From: Deinococcus grandis
GTDB taxonomy: Bacteria > Deinococcota > Deinococci > Deinococcales > Deinococcaceae
Reading direction: 5' to 3'
NCBI RefSeq assembly: GCF_001485435.1
Contig: NZ_BCMS01000002.1
Coordinates: forward strand, 88,426-152,425
Length of the DNA: 64,000 nt
In this document: positions 8,946 to 17,822 of the stretch, one piece after another
How positions within the stretch are numbered: the first letter of the stretch is position 1
Layout of the letters: each line of letters begins with the position of its first letter
Position numbers and translations under genes: made by a program
The notes under the pieces: model-generated
What the model was told of the DNA's origin: nothing
Seen by the model: only the letters and a program-made list of their open reading frames with translations
Database searches by the model: none

Positions 8946-10878
8946 GCAGTGGCGTGACGTGCCACTGCCCCGAGTCACCCTGAGTATCGTCGTGCCCGCC
9001 TACAACGAGTCCGAGCGGATCCTGCCGACCGTGGCGGCGTTCGCGGTGGCGGTCAGCGCTACCGGCGAGCCGTGGGAACTGATCGTCAGTGACGACGGCA
9101 GCCGCGACGGGACCGCCGATCTGGTCGGGGCGCTGCCGTGGGCGAACCTGCGGGTGCTGCGGCACACGAACACCGGTAAGGGCGGCGCGGTGCGCCGGGG
9201 CGTCCGCGCGGCGCGCGGGGACCTGATCCTGTTCGCGGACGCGGACAACAGCACGCCCATCGAGGAACTGCCGCGCCTGATCGCGGCGGTCCGCGCCGGG
9301 GCGCACGTCGCGATCGGGTCGCGGGCCGCCGAGGGCGCCGAGGAGGTCGGCAAGAGCCCCCTGCGGCGCCTGGTGTCGGGGGGCCTGCGGCGCGTGACGC
9401 GGCTGCTGACCGGCGTGACGGCCGAGGACACCCAGTGCGGCTTCAAGCTGTTCCGGGGCGAGGTGGCCCGCGACCTGTTCCGGCGCGGGGTGCTCGACGG
9501 GTTCTCCTTCGACCTGGAACTGCTGTACCTCGCGGCGCGTGACGGTCTGCGGGTCGTGGAGGTCCCGGTCCGCTGGGTGGACGCCCCGGACAGCAAGGTG
9601 GACCCCGTGAAGGATTCCGTGAAGTTCCTCAAGGACGTGCTGATGCTGCGCCGCCTGCATGGCAGCGGCCACCCGCGCGCGGACGGGCTGCACCTGGCGG
9701 TCGTCACGGCGTACCCGCCGGGGCGGCGCAGCCTGAACGAGTACGGCCTGCACCTGTCGCGGGTCCTGGCGGACAAGCCCGAGGTGGGGCACATGACCAT
9801 CCTGGCCGACCGGCTGCCAGATGGGCAGGAGGCCGCCGACGCCCCGAACGTGCGGCGCGTGTGGGACTTCAACGATCCCCTGTCGGCGCTGCGGGTGCTG
9901 CTGGCGCTGCGCCGCGCGCGGCCCGACGCGGTGATCTTCAACCTGCAGATGGCGAGCTTCGGGGACCGGCGCGTCCCGGCGGCGCTGGGGTTGCTGACGC
10001 CCGCCCTGGCGCGCGCGTTCGGGACGCCCAGCGTGACGCTGCTGCACAACCTGTTCGAGACGGTGGACCTGGACCGCGCGGGTTTCGGCGGGAACGCGCT
10101 GAAGGTGAAGGTGACGCGGGCGTTCGGGCGGCTGTTCACGCGGGCGCTGCTCGGCTCGAATCTCGTGGCGACGACCCTGCCGCGCTACGTGAAGCTGCTG
10201 CGCGACGAGTATGGCGCGCAGAACGTGTTCCTGGCGCCGCACGGGACGTTCCAGCTGCCCCTGCCGCCGCAGCCGTTCCCGGAGGTGCCGACCGTGATGA
10301 CCTTCGGGAAGTTCGGGACGTACAAGCGCGTGGAGGTGCTCATCGAGGCGCACCGGGAGCTGCTCACGCGGGATCCGCGCGCGCGGCTGGTGATCGCCGG
10401 GAGCGACACGCCGAACGCGCCGGGGTACCTGGCGGGCGTGCAGGCGCAGTTCGCGGACGTGCCGAACATCACCTTCACCGGCTACGTGGCCGAGGAGGAC
10501 GTGCCGCGCGTGTTCAGTGACTGCACGGTGGTGGCCTTCCCGTACAACGCCACGACCGGCAGCAGCGGCGTGCTGCATCAGGCCGGGGAATTCGGGCGTG
10601 GGGCGGTCATGCCGAACATCGGGGACCTCGCGGACCTGATCCAGGACGAGGGCTACCGCGCCGAATTCTTCGAACCCGAGGACCCGCAGTCCCTGGCGGA
10701 CGCGCTGTGGCGGGTGCTGAGCGACCCGCGTCAGGCGGCGGCCCTGGGCGACGCGAACTGGCGGGTGGCGTCCAGCCTGCCCCTCTCCGACGTGGCAGAC
10801 TGGTATCTGCTTCATATTGAAGACCTCACGGGCACCGCGCCCGGTCCCTCACCCCGCGCCCAGGAGGCCCAGGCATGA
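8926..10878 (+). CDS. Bifunctional glycosyltransferase: N-terminal GT2 (Dpm1/polyprenol-phosphate sugar transferase-like) fused to C-terminal GT4 (glycos_transf_1)
   Basis: GT2 signature: SIVVPAYNESERI, DADNSTP (DxD), QCGFKLFR. GT4 C-terminal domain signature: RLVIAGSD...VAFPY...EFGRGAVMP. 650 aa. Confidence 0.75.
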   Translation: MSYPAFEQWRDVPLPRVTLSIVVPAYNESERILPTVAAFAVAVSATGEPWELIVSDDGSRDGTADLVGALPWANLRVLRHTNTGKGGAVRRGVRAARGDLILFADADNSTPIEELPRLIAAVRAGAHVAIGSRAAEGAEEVGKSPLRRLVSGGLRRVTRLLTGVTAEDTQCGFKLFRGEVARDLFRRGVLDGFSFDLELLYLAARDGLRVVEVPVRWVDAPDSKVDPVKDSVKFLKDVLMLRRLHGSGHPRADGLHLAVVTAYPPGRRSLNEYGLHLSRVLADKPEVGHMTILADRLPDGQEAADAPNVRRVWDFNDPLSALRVLLALRRARPDAVIFNLQMASFGDRRVPAALGLLTPALARAFGTPSVTLLHNLFETVDLDRAGFGGNALKVKVTRAFGRLFTRALLGSNLVATTLPRYVKLLRDEYGAQNVFLAPHGTFQLPLPPQPFPEVPTVMTFGKFGTYKRVEVLIEAHRELLTRDPRARLVIAGSDTPNAPGYLAGVQAQFADVPNITFTGYVAEEDVPRVFSDCTVVAFPYNATTGSSGVLHQAGEFGRGAVMPNIGDLADLIQDEGYRAEFFEPEDPQSLADALWRVLSDPRQAAALGDANWRVASSLPLSDVADWYLLHIEDLTGTAPGPSPRAQEAQA

Positions 10879-11186
10879 CCCGTCCCCCCACCACCCTCGA
10901 CATCCTGGTGCGCCGCGACGCGGACGACCTGCACCTGTCGCTCAGCGGTCGCCTGGACGCGCATCAGGTGCCCGGGTTCCTCGCGGCGGCCGAACCGCTC
11001 GCGGCGCGCACGACCCTGGACCTGGGCGGCGTGACGTTCATGGATTCCAGCGGGCTGGCGGCGCTGGTGCGGCTGGTCCGCACGGCGCGCGCCGCCGGGC
11101 AGGACCTCGGGATCGTGAACATTCAGGACGGCGTGCGGCTGGCCATGGAGATCACGGGCCTGTACGCCGTGCTGCCGATCCGCTGA
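10875..11186 (+). CDS. STAS-domain anti-sigma-factor antagonist (SpoIIAA/RsbV-like)
   Basis: 103 aa. DSSGLAALV carries the conserved phosphorylatable Ser. ATGA overlap with the glycosyltransferase. Confidence 0.8.
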   Translation: MTRPPTTLDILVRRDADDLHLSLSGRLDAHQVPGFLAAAEPLAARTTLDLGGVTFMDSSGLAALVRLVRTARAAGQDLGIVNIQDGVRLAMEITGLYAVLPIR

Positions 11187-11194
11187 GCGCGGCC

Positions 11195-12742
11195 ATGGAC
11201 GTGACTGCGCCCGACCCGTTCACAGAACTCCTCGATCAGGTCGCGGACCTGAGTGACCAGCTGGTGTTCCTGCAGCGCCTGATCCCGCAGGCGCTGGCCC
11301 TGACCGACGAGGCGCAGGCGACCGGACTGGTGCAGCAGGCGGCGGCGCTGATCAACACGCCGGGCGCCGCGCTGCACGTGCGGGGCGAGTGGCTGGGCGA
11401 GACGCCGGGCTGGCTGCGGGGCGTGCAGCCGCCCGGTCACGCGGCGGTCCTCCCGGCGGGCGCGGTGCATACCGGCGCGCCGTTCTGCGGGGCGTGGCGG
11501 CTGACGGCCGTGCTGGCGGTGCCGCTGGAGCAGGGGTGGCTGGCGCTGTGGGGCAAGCGGGACTTCCAGGCGGGCGAGCGGGAGCTGATCAGCACGCTGG
11601 CGCAGCTACTCGACGCGGCGCTGCGGGCCATGCAGGGGCGGCGCGAGGCGGCCCGGTACGCGATGCAGGAACGCGACCGGCGGCAGGCGCAGGCGGTGTG
11701 GCGCGCGGTGACGCCCGAGGCGCTGAGCACGCCGCCCGGGTATCACCTGCACCTGCATTCGCAGCCGGCCAGTGATTTCGGCGGGGATTTCCAGTTTCAG
11801 GAGGCCGAGTGGATCGTGGCGGGCGACGTGAGCGGCAAGGGCCTGCCGGCGGCGATCATCACGGCGATGTTCGCGTCGGCGTTCACGGTCGCGGCGCGGT
11901 CGGCGTCGCTGAACAGCACGCTGGGCGAGGCCCTGCACGATCACCTGGAACGCTCGGGGGCGTTCTGCACGCTCGCGGCGATGCAGGTGCGGCCCGACGG
12001 GCAGCTGCGCGTGCTGAACATCGGGCATCCGCCGGTGCTGCTGCGCCGCGCCGACGGGCGCCTGGAGGAGGTGCGGGCGTCGGCGCCGCCGCTGGGGACC
12101 TTCCCGCTGCTGCACGTGGACGTCGAGCGGGTGTGGCTGCATCCGGGCGACGCGCTGCTGGTGTACAGCGACGGTCTGTTCGAGGCCGAGGACGCCTCGG
12201 GCGTGCCGTTCGGCCTGGAGCGCACGCGGCAGCTCGCGTCGGAGGTGGCGCCCACCGCGTTCATCCGGCAGGCGGTGGCGGGCCTGCGCGGCTTCGAGGT
12301 GGGCGACGACCTGACGCTGCTCGTGCTGCAGCGGGACCCGGCGGCGCGCGGGGTGCAGCGGCGCCTGCCGGGCGACCTGCAGGCCCTGGCGACCCTCAGC
12401 GAGGCGCTGCGCGAGGCGGTGCCGCCGGACCACCCGGCGCTGATGCCGGCGGAACTGGCGATCACGGAACTGTTCGTGAACGCGGTGCGGCACGGCGGGG
12501 CGCGCGAGGTGACGCTGCGGGCGCACACCTCCGGCGCGGACATTCTGGTGACCCTGATGGACGACGGGTCACCGTTCGATCCACGCAGCGCCGCGCCGCA
12601 GGAGGGCGGGGAGCTGCGCGAGCACGGGTACGGGCTGCTGATCGCGCAGCGCTGCGCGCGGGAATGGCATTATGCTCGCAAGGCACAGTTCAACCGCCAG
12701 ACGCTGCGACTGCGCGCACCCGACCTCTCCGCCCTCATCTGA
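11195..12742 (+). CDS. PP2C-type phosphatase (RsbU/SpoIIE-like) fused to an anti-sigma-factor-type serine kinase (RsbW/HATPase_c) domain, with an N-terminal sensor region
   Basis: PP2C motifs GDVSGKGLPAAIITAM and DGLFEAED. The C-terminus has ELFVNAVRHG (N-box) and HGYGLLIAQR (G2 box). ATG at 11195 lies 8 nt after the STAS gene. The long ORF 10817..12742 overlapping the STAS gene is rejected as upstream read-through. Confidence 0.75.
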   Translation: MDVTAPDPFTELLDQVADLSDQLVFLQRLIPQALALTDEAQATGLVQQAAALINTPGAALHVRGEWLGETPGWLRGVQPPGHAAVLPAGAVHTGAPFCGAWRLTAVLAVPLEQGWLALWGKRDFQAGERELISTLAQLLDAALRAMQGRREAARYAMQERDRRQAQAVWRAVTPEALSTPPGYHLHLHSQPASDFGGDFQFQEAEWIVAGDVSGKGLPAAIITAMFASAFTVAARSASLNSTLGEALHDHLERSGAFCTLAAMQVRPDGQLRVLNIGHPPVLLRRADGRLEEVRASAPPLGTFPLLHVDVERVWLHPGDALLVYSDGLFEAEDASGVPFGLERTRQLASEVAPTAFIRQAVAGLRGFEVGDDLTLLVLQRDPAARGVQRRLPGDLQALATLSEALREAVPPDHPALMPAELAITELFVNAVRHGGAREVTLRAHTSGADILVTLMDDGSPFDPRSAAPQEGGELREHGYGLLIAQRCAREWHYARKAQFNRQTLRLRAPDLSALI

Positions 12743-12768
12743 CCACGCCTGAAAGGATGCTGCCCCCG

Positions 12769-13071
12769 ATGCCCCTGACCTACACCGTGAACGGCCCTGA
12801 ACTGATCCTCTCCGGACGCCTGGACGCCCAGAACGCCCTGGATTTACGCGCCGCGCTCGCGGAGCACGCCGGGCAGACCGGTGACCTGCGCGTGGACATG
12901 GCGGACGTGCCGTTCATGGACAGCAGCGCCCTCGCGGCGCTGGTCAGCGCCCTGAAGGACCGGCGCCGCGAGGGCCGGTCGCTGCGCCTGACCCGCGCGA
13001 GTCCGGCGGTGCATGAACTGATGTCCCTGACCATGCTGGGCCGGGTCTTCGGTCTGGAGGATCCCAGGTGA
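12769..13071 (+). CDS. Second STAS-domain anti-sigma-factor antagonist
   Basis: MPLTYTVNGPELILSGRLDAQNA...FMDSSALAALV. Alternative ATG at 12757. Its stop overlaps the next gene (GTGA). Confidence 0.75.
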   Translation: MPLTYTVNGPELILSGRLDAQNALDLRAALAEHAGQTGDLRVDMADVPFMDSSALAALVSALKDRRREGRSLRLTRASPAVHELMSLTMLGRVFGLEDPR

Positions 13072-13478
13072 CGCGGCACCTGCCGGCGAACGTGACCCTG
13101 TTCGGGCACGTGCCGTCCAAGCACGTCCTGATCGTGGAGGACGCGCCGGGCATGCGGCTGCTGGTGCGGCACATCCTGCAGCAGGGTGGGCACAAGCCGC
13201 TGGAGGCCGAATCGGTCGAGGCGGCCTTCGGTGAGCTGTCGCGCGGCCCGGTGGACGTGATCGTCACGGACCTGATGCTGCCGGGCCGCTCCGGGCTGGA
13301 CCTGCTGCGGGACCTGCGGGACCTGCCGGACGCGCCGCCGGTGATCGTCCTGACCGGCAGCGGCGAGGAGGTGCTGCGCGAGCAGGCCCTGAGCCTGGGG
13401 GCGCGCAGCGTCCTGTTCAAACCCTTCAGCCGGTACGAGCTGCTGGACGCCGTGTTCGCCGCCGGGATGGGCGGCTGA
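13068..13478 (+). CDS. Stand-alone response-regulator receiver (CheY-like)
   Basis: VLIVEDAPGMR...DVIVTDLMLPGRSGLDLL...VIVLTGSG...FKPF gives the receiver Asp pocket and the conserved Lys. Confidence 0.8.
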   Translation: MTRHLPANVTLFGHVPSKHVLIVEDAPGMRLLVRHILQQGGHKPLEAESVEAAFGELSRGPVDVIVTDLMLPGRSGLDLLRDLRDLPDAPPVIVLTGSGEEVLREQALSLGARSVLFKPFSRYELLDAVFAAGMGG

Positions 13479-13600
13479 CCGGAAGGCGGGTCGCCTTGAC
13501 CCTGACGGGTCGGCTGACCCGGCTCCTGCGGCCGCGCCCCGGCTGGGCGCGTTCCGCTTGGCCGCCGCTCGTCTGGTCGCGGCCTGACGTCGCGCCGCCC

Positions 13601-13641
13601 GGGTCACCGGCTGGACCACCCGGTGGTCCAGCCGGTGACCC
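13601..13641. repeat. Perfect 41-bp palindrome (20-bp arms, 1-nt centre)
   Basis: GGGTCACCGGCTGGACCACC-C-GGTGGTCCAGCCGGTGACCC, between the receiver gene and the large membrane-protein gene. Both strands translate to a Pro/Gly-rich string, so ORF finders extend the downstream gene across it. Confidence 0.7.
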
Positions 13642-13654
13642 GGCGGGCGGGCCG

Positions 13655-16600
13655 GTGGAGCCACATCCCGGCGCGCGGCCCAGCCTGACCCTGCCGGGCG
13701 CGCTGCTGCCGCCGGGCGAGGACGAGCGGGCCGGGGGGCGGCTGCTGGCCTTCGCGCTGCTGCTGATGCTGGTCCTGCACGGCACGCAACTGATCAGCGG
13801 GTCGTTCACCCGCACCTACGACGCGCTGATTCACGTGTACTTCGGCGCGCACTACGCGAAGTCGTTCTTCGACCCGTGGGAGGCCGGGTGGTACACCGGG
13901 TTCTCGCTGACGTCGTACCCGCCGCTCAGTCACTACCTGATCGCGCTGCTGAGTGTCCCGCTGGGCCTGATGGGCGCGTTCGCCGCCACGCAGATCCTGG
14001 CGCTGACGGGCCTGACGGTCGGCATGTACCGCTTCGGGAAGGTGTTTGTCACGGCCCGCGCGGCCGGGTACGGCGCGGTACTGCTGGTCCTGTCGAGCGC
14101 CATCGCGGAGACCGTGCAGGTCTTCGGGCAGCTGCCCACCACCCTCAGCCTGGGGCTGCTGCTGAACGCCATTCCGTTCGCGGTGCGCTGGGTGCGGACC
14201 GGGCAGAAGACGTACCTGATCCGCGCGGCCATGTGGACGGCTGCGACCACCGCGGCGCACCACGTCACCACGCTGTTCGGCAGCGTGTTCTTCATCGCGC
14301 CGGTGCTGCTGGCCGTGGTGCTCGAGAGTGCCTCGCGGCCCCGCCCGGCCGAGGGCACGGGCAGCTGGTGGCGGGTCTGGCGGCGCCTCTACCGGGTGGC
14401 GCCGCGCGTGTACCGCGGCGGCCTGTACGGCGTGTCCGCCATCATGGCGCTGGTGCTGGTCGTGCTGCCCTACTGGCTCTGGAGCCGCGCCGATCCGATC
14501 ACGCAGGTCCCGATCCCGCACGGCAGCCGCGCGAACTTCCTGGAACGGCGCGACTTCGGGTTCATGTTCTGGCTGGTGCCGTGGGCGACGCTGCTGCCCA
14601 TCTACTGGGACGCGGTGCGGCGCGGCCTGTTCACGCACCGGGGGCTGCCCCGCTGGCCGATCATGGCCAGCATCCTGCTGCTGAGCCTGCTGGGTACCGG
14701 CGGCACGACGCCCATCCCGAAGGCGCTGCTGCGCGGCGCGTTCGACATCCTGACGCTGGACCGCTTCACGTTCTGGGCCTGCATGCTGATCCTGCCGCTG
14801 GCCGGTCTGGTCATCGAGTCGTGGCGGCACGGGGCGTGGCGGGTGTTCGTGCAGGCCCGCCTCGGCGCGCGGGTGCATCACGCGCTGGGCCTGCTGTTCG
14901 TGGCGGCCGCGCTGGCCCTGTCAGTGGGCGTGAGTTCCCTGACGTACTACCGCAAGTTCCAGCCGGACCGGATCGACGTGCGGCCCATCGTGCAGTTCCT
15001 GGAATCCGGCGGACGGGACCGCTACCGGTACATGGTGCTGGGCTTCGGGGATCAGATGGCGTGGCTCAGCGCGAACACCCGCGCGACCACCCCGGACGGG
15101 AACTACCACAGCGCGCGGCGCCTGCCGGAACTGACCGCCACGCCCGTGGAGCGCCTGGAGGGCGCCAAGTACACCGGCGTGCCGGGCCTGGGCAGCCTGC
15201 GGCAGTTCATGACGACCCCCGCGAAGTACAACCTGCGCTTCATGCTCAGCAACGACGCGTTCTACGACCCGGCGCTGCACATGCTCGGCTGGGTGCGGCT
15301 GGGGACCCTGCCGGGCGGGATCATGGTGTGGGAACGCCCGGACATCCCCGAGGTGCAGCCCCGCCTGCCCCGGCGGGAACTGCCGGTCTGGCAGCGGCTG
15401 ATGTGGGCGCTGCTGCCGTCCGGCGCGCCGGTCCTGGCGCTGCTGTCGCTGCTGCTGCCGGTCCGCGCGCCGCGGGGCCGCTCGCGCTGGCCGTGGGTGC
15501 GGCTGCTGGCCGAGGACAGCCTGGACCCGCCGCCGCAGCAGGGGGCGTGGTGGCACTCCTGGGTGCGGCGACTGCCGTTCCGGTCGTGGCGTACGGCCCG
15601 GCTGCGCGCCCGGCGGCGCCCCCTGGCCCAGCGGCTGCTGAACACGGGGCTGCTGCTGACGCTGGTCCTGGGCGGCGCGGCGTTCACGTACCGCAGCCTC
15701 CAGCCGCCCGAGACGCCGCAGCGGGCCGTGCTGGGCTACTGGGACGACCTGGACTTCAAACGTTTCGGCGCGGCCTACAGCTGGATTGACCCGCAGGATG
15801 GCCTGACCGAGGAACGCTGGCGGCTGGACCTGTCGGTGGTGGGGGGCCTGCGCAGCGGGTACGCGAAACTCGATTCGCTGCGCATCCTGGACGTGACGTA
15901 CAGCGGTCCGCCGGAGGCGCCGGACACGGTCGCCACCGTCCGGTCGCGCCTGACGTGGTTCACGTCCCTTGGCGACGTGACCGAGGAGGTCAGTCAGGAC
16001 CTGCGCCGCACCGCGCGCGGCTGGCGACTGCTGGTCTCCCCCACCCTGAATGTCCGGCCGCCGCTGCGCTTCCAGGCGGTGCCGGGCGTGCAGCTGGCCG
16101 CGCCCCCCGCCCTGGACATGCCGGTGCCGCTGCGGGTGATCAGTCGGCGGCTGGTCGCGTTCCGCGCCGCGCCGGGCGCGCCGGAGCAGGTGGCGGTGGT
16201 GGGCGAGGTGCAGAACGCGGGCCGGACCGGGGCGTCGCTGACCATCTCGGCCAGTGTCACGGACGCCAGCGGGCAGGAACTCGCCCGGAACGACGCGACC
16301 GAGACGTTCCTGCCGTGGCTGAATCCCGGCGAGCGCACCCCGTTCCTGATCACCTTCGACGGACCCGGCATGACCGTGGACGTCCGGGACGTGGCGAGCT
16401 TCGCCGTGCGGGCCAGCGGCGTGGCGACCAGCCGGAACCTCGCGCGGGACCTGAACCTGTGGCGGCGCGGCGGGGCCGTGCGGGTGGAGAACACCGGTCC
16501 CGCCGAGGCGACCCTGACGAACGTGATCGGCACGCTCGACGACGCGGGCGGCGTGGCGTGGGTGACCCGCACCTACCTGATGGAGGCGGTGCCGCCCATG

Positions 16601-16726
16601 CAGTCGCGCGAGGCGACCCTGCCCCTGGCGCGGCCCGGCGGGTACCGCGTGCTGCTCGGCGCGGGCGGGGGGCGCGTGACGGCCTCGCGGCTGTTCGCGC
16701 ACGCCTTCCACCGGGAGGAACCGTGA
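13655..16726 (+). CDS. Large polytopic membrane protein (~1020 aa) with a ~430-aa C-terminal extracytoplasmic domain; candidate GT-C-fold (polyprenyl-phosphate-dependent) glycosyltransferase
   Basis: More than 12 hydrophobic helices in the first ~640 aa, with a conserved-looking first loop (TYDALIHVYFGAHYAKSFFDPWE). The start is uncertain: the ORF opens at 13496, but the in-frame GTG at 13655 lies beyond the palindrome. Confidence 0.5.
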   Translation: MEPHPGARPSLTLPGALLPPGEDERAGGRLLAFALLLMLVLHGTQLISGSFTRTYDALIHVYFGAHYAKSFFDPWEAGWYTGFSLTSYPPLSHYLIALLSVPLGLMGAFAATQILALTGLTVGMYRFGKVFVTARAAGYGAVLLVLSSAIAETVQVFGQLPTTLSLGLLLNAIPFAVRWVRTGQKTYLIRAAMWTAATTAAHHVTTLFGSVFFIAPVLLAVVLESASRPRPAEGTGSWWRVWRRLYRVAPRVYRGGLYGVSAIMALVLVVLPYWLWSRADPITQVPIPHGSRANFLERRDFGFMFWLVPWATLLPIYWDAVRRGLFTHRGLPRWPIMASILLLSLLGTGGTTPIPKALLRGAFDILTLDRFTFWACMLILPLAGLVIESWRHGAWRVFVQARLGARVHHALGLLFVAAALALSVGVSSLTYYRKFQPDRIDVRPIVQFLESGGRDRYRYMVLGFGDQMAWLSANTRATTPDGNYHSARRLPELTATPVERLEGAKYTGVPGLGSLRQFMTTPAKYNLRFMLSNDAFYDPALHMLGWVRLGTLPGGIMVWERPDIPEVQPRLPRRELPVWQRLMWALLPSGAPVLALLSLLLPVRAPRGRSRWPWVRLLAEDSLDPPPQQGAWWHSWVRRLPFRSWRTARLRARRRPLAQRLLNTGLLLTLVLGGAAFTYRSLQPPETPQRAVLGYWDDLDFKRFGAAYSWIDPQDGLTEERWRLDLSVVGGLRSGYAKLDSLRILDVTYSGPPEAPDTVATVRSRLTWFTSLGDVTEEVSQDLRRTARGWRLLVSPTLNVRPPLRFQAVPGVQLAAPPALDMPVPLRVISRRLVAFRAAPGAPEQVAVVGEVQNAGRTGASLTISASVTDASGQELARNDATETFLPWLNPGERTPFLITFDGPGMTVDVRDVASFAVRASGVATSRNLARDLNLWRRGGAVRVENTGPAEATLTNVIGTLDDAGGVAWVTRTYLMEAVPPMQSREATLPLARPGGYRVLLGAGGGRVTASRLFAHAFHREEP

Positions 16727-17685
16727 GAGGCTCCCGCAGCAGGAAGTGGGGCGCGCTGCTGGCCGTGCCGGGCAGCAGGAGGCTGACCGGGCTGGTACTG
16801 GGCAGGCTGGTGCTGGCCGGACTGGTGCTGGGCGGGCTGCTGGGCGGCTGCGCGCGGCCGCCGCAGGACGACCTGCGCCTCACACCCCTGCCGACGCTGA
16901 CCCTTCAGGAAGGTCGGCTGCGTGTGACGGGCGAGGGACCGCTGCGCTTGGCCTGCGACACCCCGGCCGGGCCGGTCGTGCACATGCTGGCACGGGCGGG
17001 GCAGGTGCCGGTCCCACCCGGCGCGCTGGCCTGCGAGGCGTCCCGGCCCGGTCACGCCGAGGGCCGGGTGACCGTGGCCCTCACGCCCACGCCGACACCA
17101 TCAACGCCCCCGTCAGCGCCGACACCTCTGCCCCCCATCCCTGCGGCGCGCGGCACCCTGCGCGTCACCCCTGTCACCCTGCGACTGGGACAGCGCGAGG
17201 TGTGGACAGTCACCGCCGACCTGCGCGGCCCGGACGGTCGCGTGGCACCCGACGGCACGCCGGTCACGCTGAGCGCCGCCTCCGGCGCCGAGCGGCTCAG
17301 CGCGGTGCGCCTGACCGTCAACGGCGTCGCCCGCTGGCAGCTCACGCCCGGCGCGCCCGGCCCGTTCACGTTCACCGCCCGGAGTGGCGACTGGCAGGGC
17401 CGCGCCGCCGCCGTCGCCGCCACCGGGGTGCTCGGCGGGCGGCCGCGCGCGGTGTTCACCGGGCAGGTCCTGACCCTCGGGCCGCTGCGCTGGCAGGACG
17501 GCGCCCTCCCGGACGACGGAACCCCGGTGCGGCTGCGCGCCCTGACCCGCGCGGGGACCGTGGTGTGGTCCGCGGACGTGACGGTCGCCGCCGGGCAGGT
17601 CCGCGCCAAGGTGCCCCGGGTGCGCGGCGCCGTGACCCTCAGCGCGGAACTCGCGGGCAGCGAGGTGAGGTTCGCGTGGCCCTGA
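16723..17685 (+). CDS. Lipoprotein with Pro/Thr-rich linker and beta-rich repeats
   Basis: The GTG start overlaps the upstream stop (GTGA). The signal peptide and lipobox are LVLGGLLGG-C. The 15955 frame is chosen over the Arg-rich 16746 frame. Confidence 0.55.
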   Translation: MRGSRSRKWGALLAVPGSRRLTGLVLGRLVLAGLVLGGLLGGCARPPQDDLRLTPLPTLTLQEGRLRVTGEGPLRLACDTPAGPVVHMLARAGQVPVPPGALACEASRPGHAEGRVTVALTPTPTPSTPPSAPTPLPPIPAARGTLRVTPVTLRLGQREVWTVTADLRGPDGRVAPDGTPVTLSAASGAERLSAVRLTVNGVARWQLTPGAPGPFTFTARSGDWQGRAAAVAATGVLGGRPRAVFTGQVLTLGPLRWQDGALPDDGTPVRLRALTRAGTVVWSADVTVAAGQVRAKVPRVRGAVTLSAELAGSEVRFAWP

Positions 17686-17822
17686 TACGGATTCCGTTTG
17701 TTTCGCCAACAATCCGGAACTTCACCGGATTGTTGGCTCCACGTCCGGAACCCGTTTTTCTCCTTCTCGCATCCGCTCGGATTGAACGGGCTGTGCAGCC
17801 CATTCAATCGGAGTCCGTATGA
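17683..17822. mobile_element. MITE-like small non-coding repeat, copy A (subfamily 1), flanked by TGA/TGA
   Basis: Core 17686-17819: TACGGATTCCGTTTGTTTCG...CATTCAATCGGAGTCCGTA, with terminal inverted repeats and the internal IR CCAACAATCCGG/CCGGATTGTTGG. The left TGA is the stop of the lipoprotein gene. The right junction TA+TGA creates the ATG of the next gene. Confidence 0.8.

Noticed and set aside
10817-11194. Upstream extension of the PP2C-HATPase ORF (start at 10817) overlapping the first STAS gene.
   Set aside because: The extension is Pro/Arg/His-rich and overlaps a well-formed STAS gene in another frame. The ATG at 11195, just after the STAS stop, is the plausible start.
13496-13654. 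Pro/Gly-rich N-terminal extension (PGSPAGPPGGPAGDPAGGP), possibly a collagen-like coding repeat of the large membrane protein.
   Set aside because: The peptide is encoded by the perfect 41-bp palindrome and reads the same on both strands. The in-frame GTG at 13655 beyond the palindrome is a more plausible start.
16746-17822. Alternative 358-aa ORF in the +3 frame overlapping the lipoprotein gene.
   Set aside because: Its translation is Arg/Gly/Ala low-complexity and it runs through the MITE copy. The 15955 frame gives a canonical signal peptide with a lipobox and GTGA coupling to the upstream gene.
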